Shown here: piece by piece, positions 11,930 to 24,066 of the stretch | How positions within the stretch are numbered: position 1 is the stretch's first letter | Layout: every line of letters starts with the position of its first letter | From: Sphaerodactylus townsendi | Lineage: Eukaryota | Direction: 5' to 3' | DNA: 64,000 nucleotides | NCBI RefSeq assembly: GCF_021028975.2 | Contig: NC_059427.1 | Location: 17,422,001 to 17,486,000 of the forward strand | Notes under the pieces: generated by a model | Databases searched by the model: none | Told to the model about the DNA's origin: nothing | Seen by the model: the letters and a program-made list of their open reading frames with translations, nothing else | Program-made: the position numbers and the translations under genes

Positions 11930-12185
11930 TACTAAAACCAATTAGCAATTTGGACAAGACCCTGAGGACAAGACTCACTAGAAAAGACAATAACGCTAAG
12001 AAAAGTTGCAGGCAAAGAGGAAGACCCAACTTGAGGTTGGATTGACTCAGTTAAGGAAGCCACACAGCCCTCAGTATGCCAGCTCTCTGAGCAAGGCTGT
12101 TAATGAGAGGAAGTTTTGAAGGACGTTGATTCATAGGATCACCCTAAGTCGTAAGCAATTTGAGGGCACTTAACACAACACACAA
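11930..12185 (+). mobile_element. RTE-clade LINE 3' fragment
   Basis: GACTCACTAGAAAAGACAATAACGCT...GAGGAAGACCCAAC...TGGATTGACTCA...GAGGGCACTTAACACAACA resembles RTE/BovB-type 3' ends. Confidence 0.55.
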
Positions 12186-12359
12186 CCTTGTTGGCAAAAA
12201 CTGAACAGTTTTGTGGCACTTTCAAGACAAAAGCTTTATTCGCCATAAACTTTCATGGGCTACAGCCCGATGCTTCAGCATCTTCACGCTCTCCAGTGTG
12301 GTCTAGCTGCTGGAATAAAAATTGTGCCAAGACCTTAACGTGTCACGAGACTCCCGCTT

Positions 12360-12720
12360 ACTCAGGAGTTACGCCAGCCTTTGATAACCTGCACGTGCTT
12401 TATGAAAACATTCCCCTCCGCCTCCCAGCCACCGCACGTCGAGACCACCTCCGCCCGCTTCTGTGAAGCGCGAAGCCTCACCCAGGATCGGCGGCGTCGA
12501 AATGCTTTCCCTTGCAAAGGAGCCGCGGGGCTCGGCTCAGTCCCCTCCTCGGTCCGCTTCCCCCGAGTCCAGCGCGCCGCTCTCTCGCCGCCACGACTTC
12601 GCGGGGGGCAGATTAGCATTTGCACAGGACGTCGCCTGACTCTGCGCCAGGATGTTCCTCGCCAGAAAGGGAGCGAGGCGGCCACTTCCTCTCTGCCTTT
12701 CGGAGCAAAATCGAGGGGCC
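12360..12720 (-). promoter_or_regulatory. CpG island / first exon of ZNF-B
   Basis: Dense CpG, ETS-like GAGGAAGTG (RC of 12682-12690), candidate donors TGG|GTGAGG (12481) and TGA|GTAAGC (12361), located 0.8 kb upstream of the ZF exon. Confidence 0.65.
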
Positions 12721-12835
12721 TCTGCTGGCAGCAGCAAAGCCCTTTCCTTAACCCATTGAGAGTCGACAGTGGCGAGGAAAGCAGCGGCTCCTGTCACTGG
12801 AACGGATCCCCTTTCCATTCCTTGGGGCAGACTCG

Positions 12836-12964
12836 GGCTGATGCCGCATGGGCCAAAACCAGCAGCGTGACAATGGTGTGACAATGGTGTAAAAGGGTTT
12901 AAAAGGGTGTAAAAGGGTTTATACCGTTTTCACACCACTGTTTTTGGCCCATGCGGAATCAGCC
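12836..12964. mobile_element. Harbinger-type MITE
   Basis: TIRs GGCTGATGCCGCATGGGCCAAAA / TTTTGGCCCATGCGGAATCAGCC; 3-bp flanks TCG/TCA. Confidence 0.7.
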
Positions 12965-13087
12965 TCAGACTCTCAGAGACGGGCATTTAAGAAAATTAAA
13001 GAAAGGTGCATGGTCTTGTGAGCAGCCAAAAGCAAACAGAAAAGGCCATTTTGTTGAAAATCGATCACCGAGGCCAACTAAAGTGGG

Positions 13088-13393
13088 AAGAAGAAGAAGA
13101 AGAGTTTGGATTTATATTCCCCCCTTTCTCTCCTGTAGGAGACTCAAAGAGGCTTACAACCTCCTTGCCCTTCCCCCCTCACAACAAACACCCTGTAAGG
13201 TAGGTGGGGGACGAGAGGCTCGGCTGTGATGGCCGGCCTGGGAGATGTGTCCCAGCTGGTGTGCAGGAGTTAATGCGGGCCCAATCTGAATTCCCCAGAT
13301 AAGCCTCCACAGCTCAGGCGGCAGAGCTGGGAATCAAACCCAGTTCCTCCAGATTAGATACATGAGCTCTTAACCTCCTACGCCACTGCTGCT
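13088..13393 (-). mobile_element. Squam3-like SINE
   Basis: (GAA)n tail followed by the reverse complement of the 2070-2370 body. Confidence 0.8.
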
Positions 13394-15083
13394 CCAGATT
13401 GAGCATGAGGGAGAAAACAATGCAAGCTGTTGAGTTCTCCGGAATGGTTACAAAGGCTGGTGTTAAAGGTGGGAGGAAAAGGAAGATGTTTCATGCCTGA
13501 TCTGCAGGCCTCTCCTTTGCCTCCTGCCTAGGAGCACTTACTAGTTTGAATAGGAGATGAAATATTTAAGGTGGTGCATCTTTGAACCTCGAGGGCATCT
13601 TATGGAGCCAAACTGCGATCACCTTGGTTTTAAAAATGAAGCATCCTCCTTGGAAATCAAACTGCTATAAGCCGACATCAGACTGTTCTGGACTAGACAA
13701 GGGTTGCCACCAGCTCTGGTTTGGGAAATATGTTGACATTTGGGGGGGTGGAGCCTAGGGGGGTGGAGTTTGGGGAGGGGAGGGACCTCAGTTGGGTATA
13801 ATGGCATAGAGTCCACCCTCCAAAGCACCCTTTTTTTTCCCAGGGTAACTGATCTCTGTAGTCTGGTTGAAATTCCAGTAGATCTCCAGGCCCCATGTGG
13901 AGTTGAAAGTCCTAGACAAACAGAGGATTCTTTTAGTGAAGTAGGAGGTTAAGAGCTCATGTATCTAATCTGGAGGAACTGGGTTTTGATTTAGCTCTAC
14001 GCCTGAGCTGTGGAGGCTTATCTGGGGAATTCAGATTAGCCTGTGCATCCCACCTGCGCCAGCTGGGTGACCTTGGGCTAGTCACAGCTTTTCTGGAGCT
14101 CTCTCAGCCTACTTCACAGGTGTTTGTTGCAGCGAAGGGCAAGGAGGTTGTATTGTCGAAGGCTTTCACAGCAGGAATCACTGGGAGTGCTGTGTTTTTT
14201 TCAGGGCTGTAGCGTTCTACCAGCATTTCTCTCCTGACAGGAGAGCTGCTGCTAGAACGACATACAGCCTAGAAAATAACACAACTCCCGGCAAAGAACA
14301 ATTATGAAAGCCTTTGAGTCTCCTGCAGGAGAGAAAGGGGGGATATAAATCCAAACTCTTCTTCTTCTTCAGCCACTAGCAGGCAAGGTAATTTGGTACT
14401 AGAAGCATTGCTATAACCTCGCACGGGGACCCACAGTGAGGTCTCATACATCACCTATTACCTGACATTTTCTTAGCTGAAGATGCTGGAGGTTGAAACT
14501 GGGACCTTCTGTATGCCAAGCCAATGCTCTGCCAGAGAGACAGACTTTAATCTGGAGAACCAGGTTTGTTTCCCACTCCCCCACATGAAGCCTGCTGGAT
14601 GATCTTGGGCTTGTCACGGTTCTCTCAGAATTCTCTCGGCCCCATTTACCTCATATGGTGCCAGTTGGTGGGGAGAGGAAGGGAAGGAGCCACTTTGAGA
14701 CCCCTTATGGCTGAGAAAGACGGGGTATAAATCCAAACTCCTCTTCTTACCACTGAGCCATGGACTGCCCATTTGACCCAATGCTGAGGCATCTCCAGCT
14801 CTTCTGAAGCACCTTCTACTCCAGTGAAATGGAAGAAAGGCAGGACTAGCTTCTTTGCTTTGGAGGAGAACAAAGAGGGGCCCCAGAAGCCCATCAGTGG
14901 GGAAACTACTTTAGGTTTAGTGCAGGGCTAGAAGGGGATCCTTGAGTGACAGTCCTCCACAAAACCCAAAAATACTAGCAAGAGAGAGTGTGTGTACGGT
15001 CTTGAGCGACTGCTTAATAAGTTATCAAAGAATAACTGTTACATTTCATGCCTTGTTTGCATTAAGCAAACCTGCATCTAGGG

Positions 15084-15638
15084 CAGTGGTTCCCAACCTG
15101 GGGTACACACAGTGGTGGGATCCAAAAATTTTAGTAACAGGTTCCCATGGTGGTGGGATTCAAACTGTGGCGTAGTGCCAGTGGGGGCTGAGGCACAGCA
15201 GGCGATGGCCAGGCATTCTGTGGTGAGGGCATTCCTGGGGCGGGGCTGGCGTGGCAGCCGCTGTGGCAGAGTCCTTAGGCTGAGGAGAGGAAACAAATGC
15301 AGCATGTGAGCTGCCGCAGCCGGTGCCCTCCTGCTAGACTGCTTCAAGTTCTGTGTGCTACTGCTGAGAGGGAGGAGAGTAACTAAAGGCAAAAGAAAAT
15401 CACGTGGCAAAACCACACCCCATTAGTAACCCCTCTCGGCACACACAAATGAGTATTAACTTACTCAGGGAACCTGTGAGAGTGCTGGATCCCATCTCTC
15501 TGGAGTGCCTTGGCAGAAAATTTGAGAGTATGTGAAAAAAATTACCGGTATATAATAGGTTTGCTAATATGGGCATACGATTTCAGGGAAAATGGGTTGC
15601 CAAGGGGTAAGCAAGTGAAAAAAAGGTTGGAACCACTG
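15084..15638. mobile_element. hAT MITE containing a nested second hAT MITE (~15110-15500)
   Basis: TIRs CAGTGGTTCCCAACC / GGTTGGAACCACTG with 8-bp TSD ATCTAGGG; the inner element begins CAGTGGTGGGATCCAAAAATTTTAG like 26648 and 41803. Confidence 0.8.
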
Positions 15639-16409
15639 ATCTAGGGCATTTATAAAGAGACTAGAACTGCAATAGAATGGAACAGTTTAGGAAGGCACTT
15701 TATAAAAGAACAAGTATAATCAGTTACGGATATTATTGTACAGGATGTCTGCCCATTTACCACCCAGCCCTATGCTTCGTGGTCCAGTTCCTGTATTTAG
15801 TTTACCTTTCTTGAGACAGTCTGCTGTTCACATTGATCTCTAACTCTGTAATTCTAGTTCCGTGGTGGTGAACCTTTGGCACTCCAGATGTTATGGACTA
15901 CAATTCCCATCATTTACCAGCATGGCCAATATGGACCATGCTGGCAGGGGCTGAACAAACCAGCAATCCATAACATCTGGAGAAGTCAAGGATTCACCAC
16001 CATATCAGTTACATCATTCTTCATTGGCCAACATGCTATTCACACTGTTTTAGATGCCGTGATCTGCCTTGAATCTCAGCCAGAAAGGCAAAAATAATGT
16101 AAATAAATAAAATTGTCAGTTAGAACCAGGGAGCCATGGTGTCTACTGATTTTGTTAATTTTCCAGGGTAATAACCATCCCAAGAGACCTCCCCATCCCG
16201 ATTCCAAAGAACTCTCTCATACAGCATATCAGTATGATGATCCAACATTAGATATTGGGAACACTTCAAAATTTGACTCGCTATTGCAAAAAAGATTTCC
16301 AGATTTTAAAAAATGTGAAGTATTAAATTTAAACCCAACCAAGACAATGGGAACCTCAGGGCAGCGAATAAAAAAGTACAATGGTTATTAAAAAATTTTA
16401 AATACCCAA

Positions 16410-16680
16410 AGTCTGGTTCTGGTGGGTTTTCCGGTCTGTGTGGCCATAGTCTGGTGGATCTTGTTCCTAACGTTTCGCCTGCATCTATGGCTGGCATCTT
16501 CAGAGGTGTATCATAGAGGGAAGTGTAACAGACTTGCCTCTGTGATACACCCCTGAAGATGCCAGCCACAGATGCAGGCGAAACGTTAGGAACAAGATCC
16601 TGAGACCAAACACAACCCGAAAAAACTTTCCCACCAGAATTTCAGATGAACCATGCCGTGAAGAGGCTTCGACGGCCACA
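16410..16680. mobile_element. Penelope-like element inverted terminal repeat with hammerhead ribozyme motifs
   Basis: Large inverted repeat GATCTTGTTCCTAACGTTTCGCCTGCATC...GATGCAGGCGAAACGTTAGGAACAAGATC with CTGAAGA...GAAAC cores on both strands. Related remnants at ~14150-14310, ~26295-26400 and ~37970-38000. Confidence 0.75.
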
Positions 16681-18399
16681 TACCCAAAGACATCAATACC
16701 AAAATCATAATAGCTTCATAAACTCATCTGTACAGGCAACGAAAGCTGCTAAATATCATGGAAAGCATGGCTGAACAGATGATAAGACACTTTTAGTGAC
16801 ACTTTAAAAAATTTATTCTTAACTGAAAAACACAAAACAGGGAGGGAAAAAATTAAAAAAAATACAAAAGGCTCACTTATCACAAAGTCTCAAAAAACAC
16901 AAAAGGAGAACAACCCCCCTTATAGCCTTCCCATTCTTTTCCTATCTTTTCCTTCTCTGATATCTCAGAGGCCATTCCCTACTTTGCTCTTCGTTTCGTT
17001 TGCTGGAAATGCCAGGAATTGAACCTGTGGCCTTCTTCATGAAATGCCGCAGCCCTGCCAATATAGCTACGACGATCCTTCTCCAATCATTATACATCAG
17101 CCTGATCATGCAGGCTTCAGATCGGACAGGTACACGGACGCTCCATGACGCAGTCAAAGGCCTCAATAAAGTGCCAAAGAACTTTGAAGGCCCAGATTCT
17201 TCACTTATTTTTGTTTATATATTAAAAAATGAAGCTCTAATGTGCTTAGTTTGCCCCTTGCCCAAGCAATCAGCATCTCAACAAGAGACTTTTATTTCAA
17301 AAACATAATTTCAGACAACTGCTTGCTCAAATTTGCCATGATGATTCAAAGAACCACTCTGAACCTTAAGCCTTACAATTGCTGCTCTAGAAGAGGATGG
17401 AGGAGTACTTATGGAGCTGTGGAGGCTTATCTGGGGAATTCAGATTAGCCTGTGCACTCCCACACACGCCAGCTGGGCGACCTTGGGCTAGTCACAGCTT
17501 CTCGGAGCTCTCTCGGCCCCACCTACCTCACAGGGTGTTTGTTGTGAGGGGGGAAGGGCAAGAAGATTGTAAACCCCTTTGAGTCTCCTGCAGGAGAGAA
17601 AGGGGGGATATAAATCCAAACTCTTCTTCTTCTTCTCTACTTATTTTCTGCATGTTTTTTAAAGCAGTGATTGCCTGGTCTGCAGCAACAGGGATTAGAC
17701 AAAATATGTATACCTTTAAGCATCATGAGCTGGGGAACAAGCAATAAGGGAAGACTGTTGCCAGCTGTGCCTCACTTGGGAACTTCATCCAAATCCTTTT
17801 GGAACTTCAGCCACCTACTGTGGGGAAAGTATGCTGGGCTCAATCGATGCTCATCAGATGTCATATTATGTTCTTAAGTACATGAAATCTTCCTATTTGT
17901 GCTCATAAGGGCAGATGCCCATCTTAAAGCGATCTGCTAAGTTATTCTTTGATTGCAGTGGTGGGATTCAAATAATTTAACAACCGGTTCCAGTGGTGGG
18001 ATTCAAATAATTTAACAACTGATTGTTTACAAGCACCGTTTTAACAGCCGGTTCTGCCGGAGTAGTGCGAACCGGCTGAATCCCACTTGGTTGTCTCAAG
18101 CTCATTCAGAGGTAGACACTGCATGGATCAAGCTTTAAGACAGAAGCTCTTTCTAGTGTAGTTTTGTACAACATCTCCACAATTGCTCTCTCAGATGTAC
18201 TGAAGTTGGCAAAGAGAACTCTGTTTTTAGGGCATACATGCATTCTTTACCATCTATGGGTCCCTTCCCGCTCATGTAGGCTATCTGTTGTAAAGTAAGG
18301 CTTGCATACTGAATAAAAACAGGAGAAAACGTAAATACAACATTAACATCATAACAGACTCTGTTCTGTGGCATTTCTTCGGAGGAACAGAGAGGTTCG

Positions 18400-18836
18400 C
18401 CACAATTATGATTGTTTGGAGGTTAGTGTTTTCAACTCCGTAATGATTTCCTCGGATTCTGTGCTTTGGCTAAGTTTCTTCAGAAGTTGGTGTCTGATTT
18501 ACAACTAAGTGTGAGCATTGCTTTTCCAAGTGTGAGCATTGCTTTTCCAAAATTGGAGCGTGTCTGTCGTTTCTTGACTGCATGGCTTCAAAACTGGCAC
18601 GTGATTTCAATACATTCTCTGGAAAGTGCCAAAAAATTTTCCTTCTCTTCTCCTGTAAGATCCGACAGTGGAAATTTCTGTGGCCTTGGCGATCTCCCTT
18701 GTATCTTATGTTTCGGGTCTTGGATTTTGAAACACAATTTCTTGCAGTCTTTCAATCAGAACTCAAACTGATTCTGAAAAAGTATGTTCCTTACGAAGGT
18801 CTTCATCCTGCTTTCCACCTGCTGTTTGGTCACCTG
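18400..18836 (-). pseudogene. Relic ZNF terminal exon (linker plus one eroded finger)
   Basis: Acceptor ccactag|CAGGTGACC typical of ZNF last exons, followed by an E/K/Q-rich linker with stops and a finger-like remnant containing a 21-bp tandem duplication (~18508-18549). Confidence 0.4.
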
Positions 18837-19339
18837 CTAGTGGACATAGAGGACCACAAATTATTCAAGCCTCAACAGCAAGAAAAAAATTGTTACATTG
18901 GGGGCTGAGAAGGGACATGGTTCCCAATTGCATTGTAACGCTTAGTTAATTGATTGGTTAGAACACATCAAATCGAATAGAAATCTGTCCCCAATGAATC
19001 AGGAAGCGTAATTTAATTTTTTTAAAAAAATTCACATCTGCTGGTGGAAGATTTATTTATGTACAAATGGGGCAACCACAAGAATTTGGAAGGATGTGTG
19101 TGTTTTGCTTCCCTCTCGCTATTTCCTGTTTCCCTTCCTTGAAACTGCCATAACCCCTTTTTTCCTACTTTCTTCTCTCCTACCTTTATTTTTCTTCAGC
19201 TGTCCTTCTTTCCCCTGGCAGCCATTACCTGGGAAGCATTTAGCCCAAACACCCACAGTTAGATGGCAGCGATATCTTTAACATTTTAATTTCCATTCCC
19301 CTACTTCAATACACCAGAACCAAAGGGACCTCAAGAAAT

Positions 19340-20400
19340 ACAATAGTGTGCCCGACTCAGAGGCACAGCGGAGATCTGGGTGTTCTAGTAGAAAGACTGA
19401 CGAAACGTCAACAGTACATCAACTGTGAAAACAGCAAACTCCATATTGGGGATTATTAGGAAGGAGACTGAAAATGAAGTGGCCAATATTGTAATGCCTG
19501 TGTGTAGTTCTATGGAACAGCCTCATTTAGAATACCGTGTACAGTTCTGGTTACTGTATCTCAAAAAAGAACAGGAAAAAAATTAGAGAAGAAGACAAGC
19601 AAGATTATTAAAGGGCTGGAGCACCTTTCCTATGAGGAAAGGCTGAAGGGTATGGGACTTCTCAGTTTAGAAATCAGGCAACTAAGGGAGCATATGAGGG
19701 AGCTTTATAACATTTTAGGGTGTTTAATTATAGGAGTTTTATAAAATTATAGGACAGGGAGTTTTTTTTTTCTCCTGTTCCCATAATACTAAAACCAAGG
19801 GCATCCAATGAAATGGATAGGCAATAGATTTATTATGGACAAAATGAAGTACTTCTTTACTCAACAAGAAATTGTTGGATTCATTGCTAGAAGATGCAGT
19901 GATGTCTACTAGAATAGGTGCCTTTAAAGGGGTTAGACACATGGAAGACAGGTCCATCAATGGCGACTTGTTATGGTGACCAATGAGAACCTCTACATTC
20001 AGGCCCAGAAAACCTATAAGTACCAGTACTGGGAAATAGCACCGGAGGGCTTGGCCTCTATGCCCTGTAGTTGGTTCTCCAAGGCCCCTTCCGCACACGC
20101 AAAATAATGCGTTTTCAAACCACTTTCACAACTGTTTGCAAGTGGATTTTGCTATTGTAGTAGCGCACTGCCGACCCAGCAGTGCCGTAGTAGAACGTTG
20201 GGTGGTGGGGGGCTCCGCGTCTCGTCTCGTTCTTACGCTGACCACGTGGGTCGACTACAGCTATTCCGCACAGCTTCAAAGAGCACTGAAAGCAGTTTGA
20301 AAGTGCATTATTCTGGATGTGCGGAATGAGTCCAAGACAACTGGTTGGGCACTGAGGATGATATATTTGATGGACCACTGGTCTGATCTAGCAGGGCTCA
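19340..20400 (+). mobile_element. CR1 LINE fragment (ORF2 C-terminus and 3' UTR) with nested MITE and mini-LTR
   Basis: CAGCCTCATTTAGAATACCGTGTACAGTTCTGG (RPHLEYxVQFW-type motif), CCTATGAGGAAAGGCTGAAG, and terminal ACCACTGGTCTGATCTAGCAGGGCT. Confidence 0.8.
20156..20259. mobile_element. 104-bp internally deleted solo LTR (same family as 30240-30691)
   Basis: TGTAGT...ACTACA termini, perfect 5-bp TSD GCTAT; both ends match the 452-bp LTR. Inserted in a Harbinger-type MITE (~20083-20331). Confidence 0.85.
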
Positions 20401-20552
20401 TGATCTGTCTCCCAGATTAAGAAATGTTCTCAACGATGAAAGGAAGACCCTACCCATTAATCAGTTAAAGCATAAGTGGGCAAAACAGAATCCATCCTCT
20501 TTCTAGATTTCTGAATTTGCCCAACAAGTTGCTTCTCCTCTCAGCATCTTAC

Positions 20553-20621
20553 CTGTTATGTAGGAGCTAAATAAACTTGCGTCCCTTCAACAAGCTCTAC
20601 AGTCCAGAGAGAGCAGGTATC
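20553..20621 (-). other. Candidate 69-bp exon downstream of ZNF-C
   Basis: Acceptor ctttcatactacag|GAT and donor CAG|gtaaga; reads DTCSLWTVELVEGTQVYLAPT* in phase 0. Confidence 0.35.
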
Positions 20622-21058
20622 CTGTAGTATGAAAGGGTGGTTAGCACCATTGCGGAAACAGGATATGGATGCTGTGCTTTCTTCTTTGCTCTGTCTTTTA
20701 TAACTCTGTAAACTATCCTGTCCCTCACTGAGGCCCCTTCCGCACATGCAGAATAATGCACTTTCAATCCACTTTCGCAATTGTTTGCAAGTGGATTTTG
20801 CTATTTCGCACAGTAAAATCCAGCTGCGAAGTGCATTGAAAGTGGACTGAAGGGCATTATTCTGCATGTGTGAAAGGGGCCCAAGAGAAGAGATTGAGAA
20901 CTTGTGGAAATAAACATGCTCTTAACCTGATTTCTCTCCCTGTGAGCAATTTTCTTTTTATTAGTGACACACCTTAATCAAACGGACAGGCTGGAAAACT
21001 GGGTTAATTAACACTAATGTTGATAGAACTCCTCAAAGACTGTTCTAAGGTCATATTC

Positions 21059-21204
21059 CAGTGGTGGCGAACCTTGGGCACTCCAGATGTTATGGACTAC
21101 AATTCCCATCAGCCCTTTCCAGCATGGCCAATTGGCCATGCTGGCAGGGGCTGATGGGAATTGTAGTCCATAACATCTGGAGTGCCAAAGGTTCGCCACC
21201 ACGG
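21059..21204. mobile_element. 146-bp palindromic hAT MITE
   Basis: CAGTGGTGGCGAACC...GGTTCGCCACCACGG, 8-bp TSD TCATATTC, near-perfect hairpin. Confidence 0.9.
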
Positions 21205-21901
21205 TCATATTCCAACGACAGTGCTAATTCATCAAACTCCTCCTAAACGGTTCTGGGATCATATACCAATAATGGTGTTTATTTCACAATTATTACATCA
21301 AGGATATTTCACAAGATCAAGGTCCCCTCTTCAGACCTAAAATGTCTGAATACATGTTCAGCTTTGCTTTTAAACTACCCAATATGAGTCAGAGTCAATA
21401 GCGGGCTAGAGGCCCACTGGTATGGAATATTGTTTTGTTAGTGGCTGTTAGGACTACTGGATGTAATAGTGAGTAGGCAAGCAGAAGCACACCCTTGGGT
21501 TAAATGGTTAGGCAAGAGTATGATAAAGCTGTGTTAGTCAAATGCCTGTGTAAATTGAGTCAGATAGTAGTTTTGGACTATTTCAGGTAGCTCTCCAAGG
21601 CTGATGTCGACAGAGTGCTTGCCGCTGTGAGACCAACCTCTTGTCCTCTTGATTCGTGGCCCCCGTGACTGTTGAAGGCCTGCCAAGAGGTGTTATGACA
21701 CCCCTTGCTGGATATCATCGATCACTCCTTTGAGCAAGGAGTGTTCCCAGGGAGGCTGAAAGAGGCAGTGGGACACTCCTTCCTCAAGAAGCCATCTTTC
21801 GATCCTGCTGATCCAGCCAACTACCACCCAATTTTGAATCTGGTAGTTAAGAGAGTGGTAGTGGAACTTCAGACATTTCTGGATGACTCATTGGTCTAGG
21901 A

Positions 21902-22047
21902 CAGTGGTGGTGAACCTTTGGCACTCCAGATGTTATGGACTACAATTCCCATCAGCCCCTGCCACCATGGCCAGTTGGCCATGTTAGCAGGGGCTGATGG
22001 GAATTGTAGTCCATAACATCTGGAGTGCCAAAGGTTCGCCACCACGG
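21902..22047. mobile_element. 146-bp palindromic hAT MITE
   Basis: Same family as 21059; 8-bp TSD GTCTAGGA. Confidence 0.9.
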
Positions 22048-22676
22048 GTCTAGGATCCTTTCCAGTCTGGCTTCTGTCCTGGCCATGGGACGGAGACCGT
22101 GCTGGTCACCATCACAGACAAGCTCCGACTATAGCTGGACTGAGGCAGGTTAGGTTTGTTAGTGAATTGGCACCTCTACAACCCCAATTACCTTTGAGAA
22201 GTCTCCAATATCCACTCACATATCAATATGACTGAAGCTTGCCCTTCAACTGAGCACTTAGACACAGAACTTTGTAAATCTCTCAGTTAAGTTCAAGTAG
22301 GGACATTTGTTTTGTGAGGGGGCATAATTAACCCTGGTTGTGCTCTTCATATAGATAAAAATTTTACATAGGGCACCAAAACATTATATCTCATCCCGGT
22401 CGAGTTCTGGGACATTTTCAAAGTCTTGGTGCTAACCTTTAAGGCCTTAAGTAATATTGGACCTGCATATCTTCAGAACTGCATCTCCCCATACTGTCCT
22501 ACAAGGCCCCTCAGTTTGTCAGAGGGGAACCTCCTAGCGATCCCCGGCTTGAGAGAAATCCGGCCAGCTTTGACGAGAACCAGGGCTTTTACAGCCCTGG
22601 CTCTGGCCTGGTGGAACAAGCTACCAAGTGATGTCAGGGCCCTGCAGGAGTTGTGGCAATTCCGTAGGGCTTGCAA

Positions 22677-23622
22677 CAAGGACATAGGTAAGGGGGGGGG
22701 GTTTCTAGGGTTCAACCCCCCCCATTACATGTCTGACGCTCCGCCCACCATTTGTGGGGTTTTTGTATTTTTTTAGTGTTTTTTCAGTTTTTGGCCTGCA
22801 GAGGGCGCAGTTTTTAGGGTAGCAGCACCAAAATTTCAGGGATTTGTTGGGAGGCTCTCCAGATGATACCACCCAGGGTTGGTGAGGTTTGGTTCAGGGG
22901 GTCCAAAGGTATGGACTCCTAAAGGGGGTGCCCCCATTGTTTTCAATGGGAGCTAATAGAAGATGGGGGCTACACTTTTGAGGGTCCATACCTTTTGACC
23001 CCCAGAACCAAACTTCACCAAACTTGGGTGGTATCATCAGGAGAGTCTCCTAAAGATACCCTGAAAGTTTGGTGCTGTTAGCTTAACAATTGCACCCCTG
23101 ACAGCAGGCATCCCTCAAATTTCCCCAAATTCTCCTTTTAAATCCACCTCCTTCAGCATGGATTTAAAGGAAGAATCTGAGGTCCCCAGTTTAAACATTG
23201 AAAGTGATGCTGTTTCAGGGTGGGGGATAATCCACCCCAAAACAGCATCACTTTCAATGTTGTTTTAGCAGGGGATGAATTTAAAAGGAGAATCTGGGCT
23301 CCCTAGTTTAAACCCCTTTGAAAGTGATGCTGTTTGGAGGTGGATTCCAGTATCACAGTGGGTGCCCATTGGGGGGGACTCAGATTTTGCACCGGGCTCC
23401 ATTTCCCCTAGCTATGCCTCTGCCCGGAGGGGAGGGCAGAAGGGACTGCCAGCTGCTGGGGGGGGGGCAAGGTAGGGGAGTCTGCTGTCCCTGGTCTTGG
23501 AGAGCTGCTTTTATAAGTATTGAGGGTGGGAGCGGGGCTTGGGGAGGTGTAGCCACATCCCCAGGGGTGGGGGCGTGGCCATGCCCCCAACCCCCCCATA
23601 AAAATCTATACCTACGTCACTG
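22677..23622. mobile_element. Non-autonomous hAT-like DNA transposon (fuller copy of 450-1352)
   Basis: Imperfect TIRs CAAGGACATAGGTA / TACCTACGTCACTG; flanks CTTGCAA / CCTGCAA interrupt the L2 sequence. Confidence 0.75.
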
Positions 23623-24066
23623 CCTGCAAGACGTGGCGGTCCCCCCAGGCCTTTTCAACTATTCGGCCGGATCAAAGGAATTGGATAGGTGTCAAACTCA
23701 CGCCCCTCCAGATGTTATGGACTACAGTTCCCATCATCCCCTGCCAGCATCATGCTGCCAGGGGATGATGGGAACTGTAGTCCATAACATCTGGAGAGGC
23801 GCGAGTTTGACATCTGTGAATTCTCTTTTGGCCTCCGGGGGGATGGCGAAGAGGTAGGAAAGGATCACTTAGTGCCATCGGTTTTATATTTTTATTATTG
23901 GCATTGGCATTTAGTATTACTGTTCAATTTTTTTAATGTATATACTGGAATTCTATATTTTAAAGTTTTTATATTGGGAACCGCCCTGAGCCTTGCAAGG
24001 ATATAAATAAAATCCCACTCTTTCTTCAAGGGTCTCAGGATTGTTAAATGGAATGATCCCATAGAT

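Larger units (their letters stand above)
21590..23990 (+). mobile_element. Fragmented L2 LINE (RT region to 3' end) with nested insertions
   Basis: Translations LKKPSFDPADPANYHPI, DPFQSGF..GHGTET and FKVLVLTFKAL..GPAYL are L2 ORF2 motifs. Confidence 0.75.

Noticed and set aside
12188-12884. Overlapping 92-166 aa ORFs in the ZNF-B CpG island
   Set aside because: Arg/Pro/Ala-rich GC-driven ORFs with no domain similarity; better explained as promoter/5' UTR.
21014-21246. Recurrent short ORFs 'VANLWHSRCYGLQFPSA...' and 'VVGSKNFSNRFPWWWDSNCG...'
   Set aside because: Translations of palindromic/non-autonomous MITEs, not a protein family.
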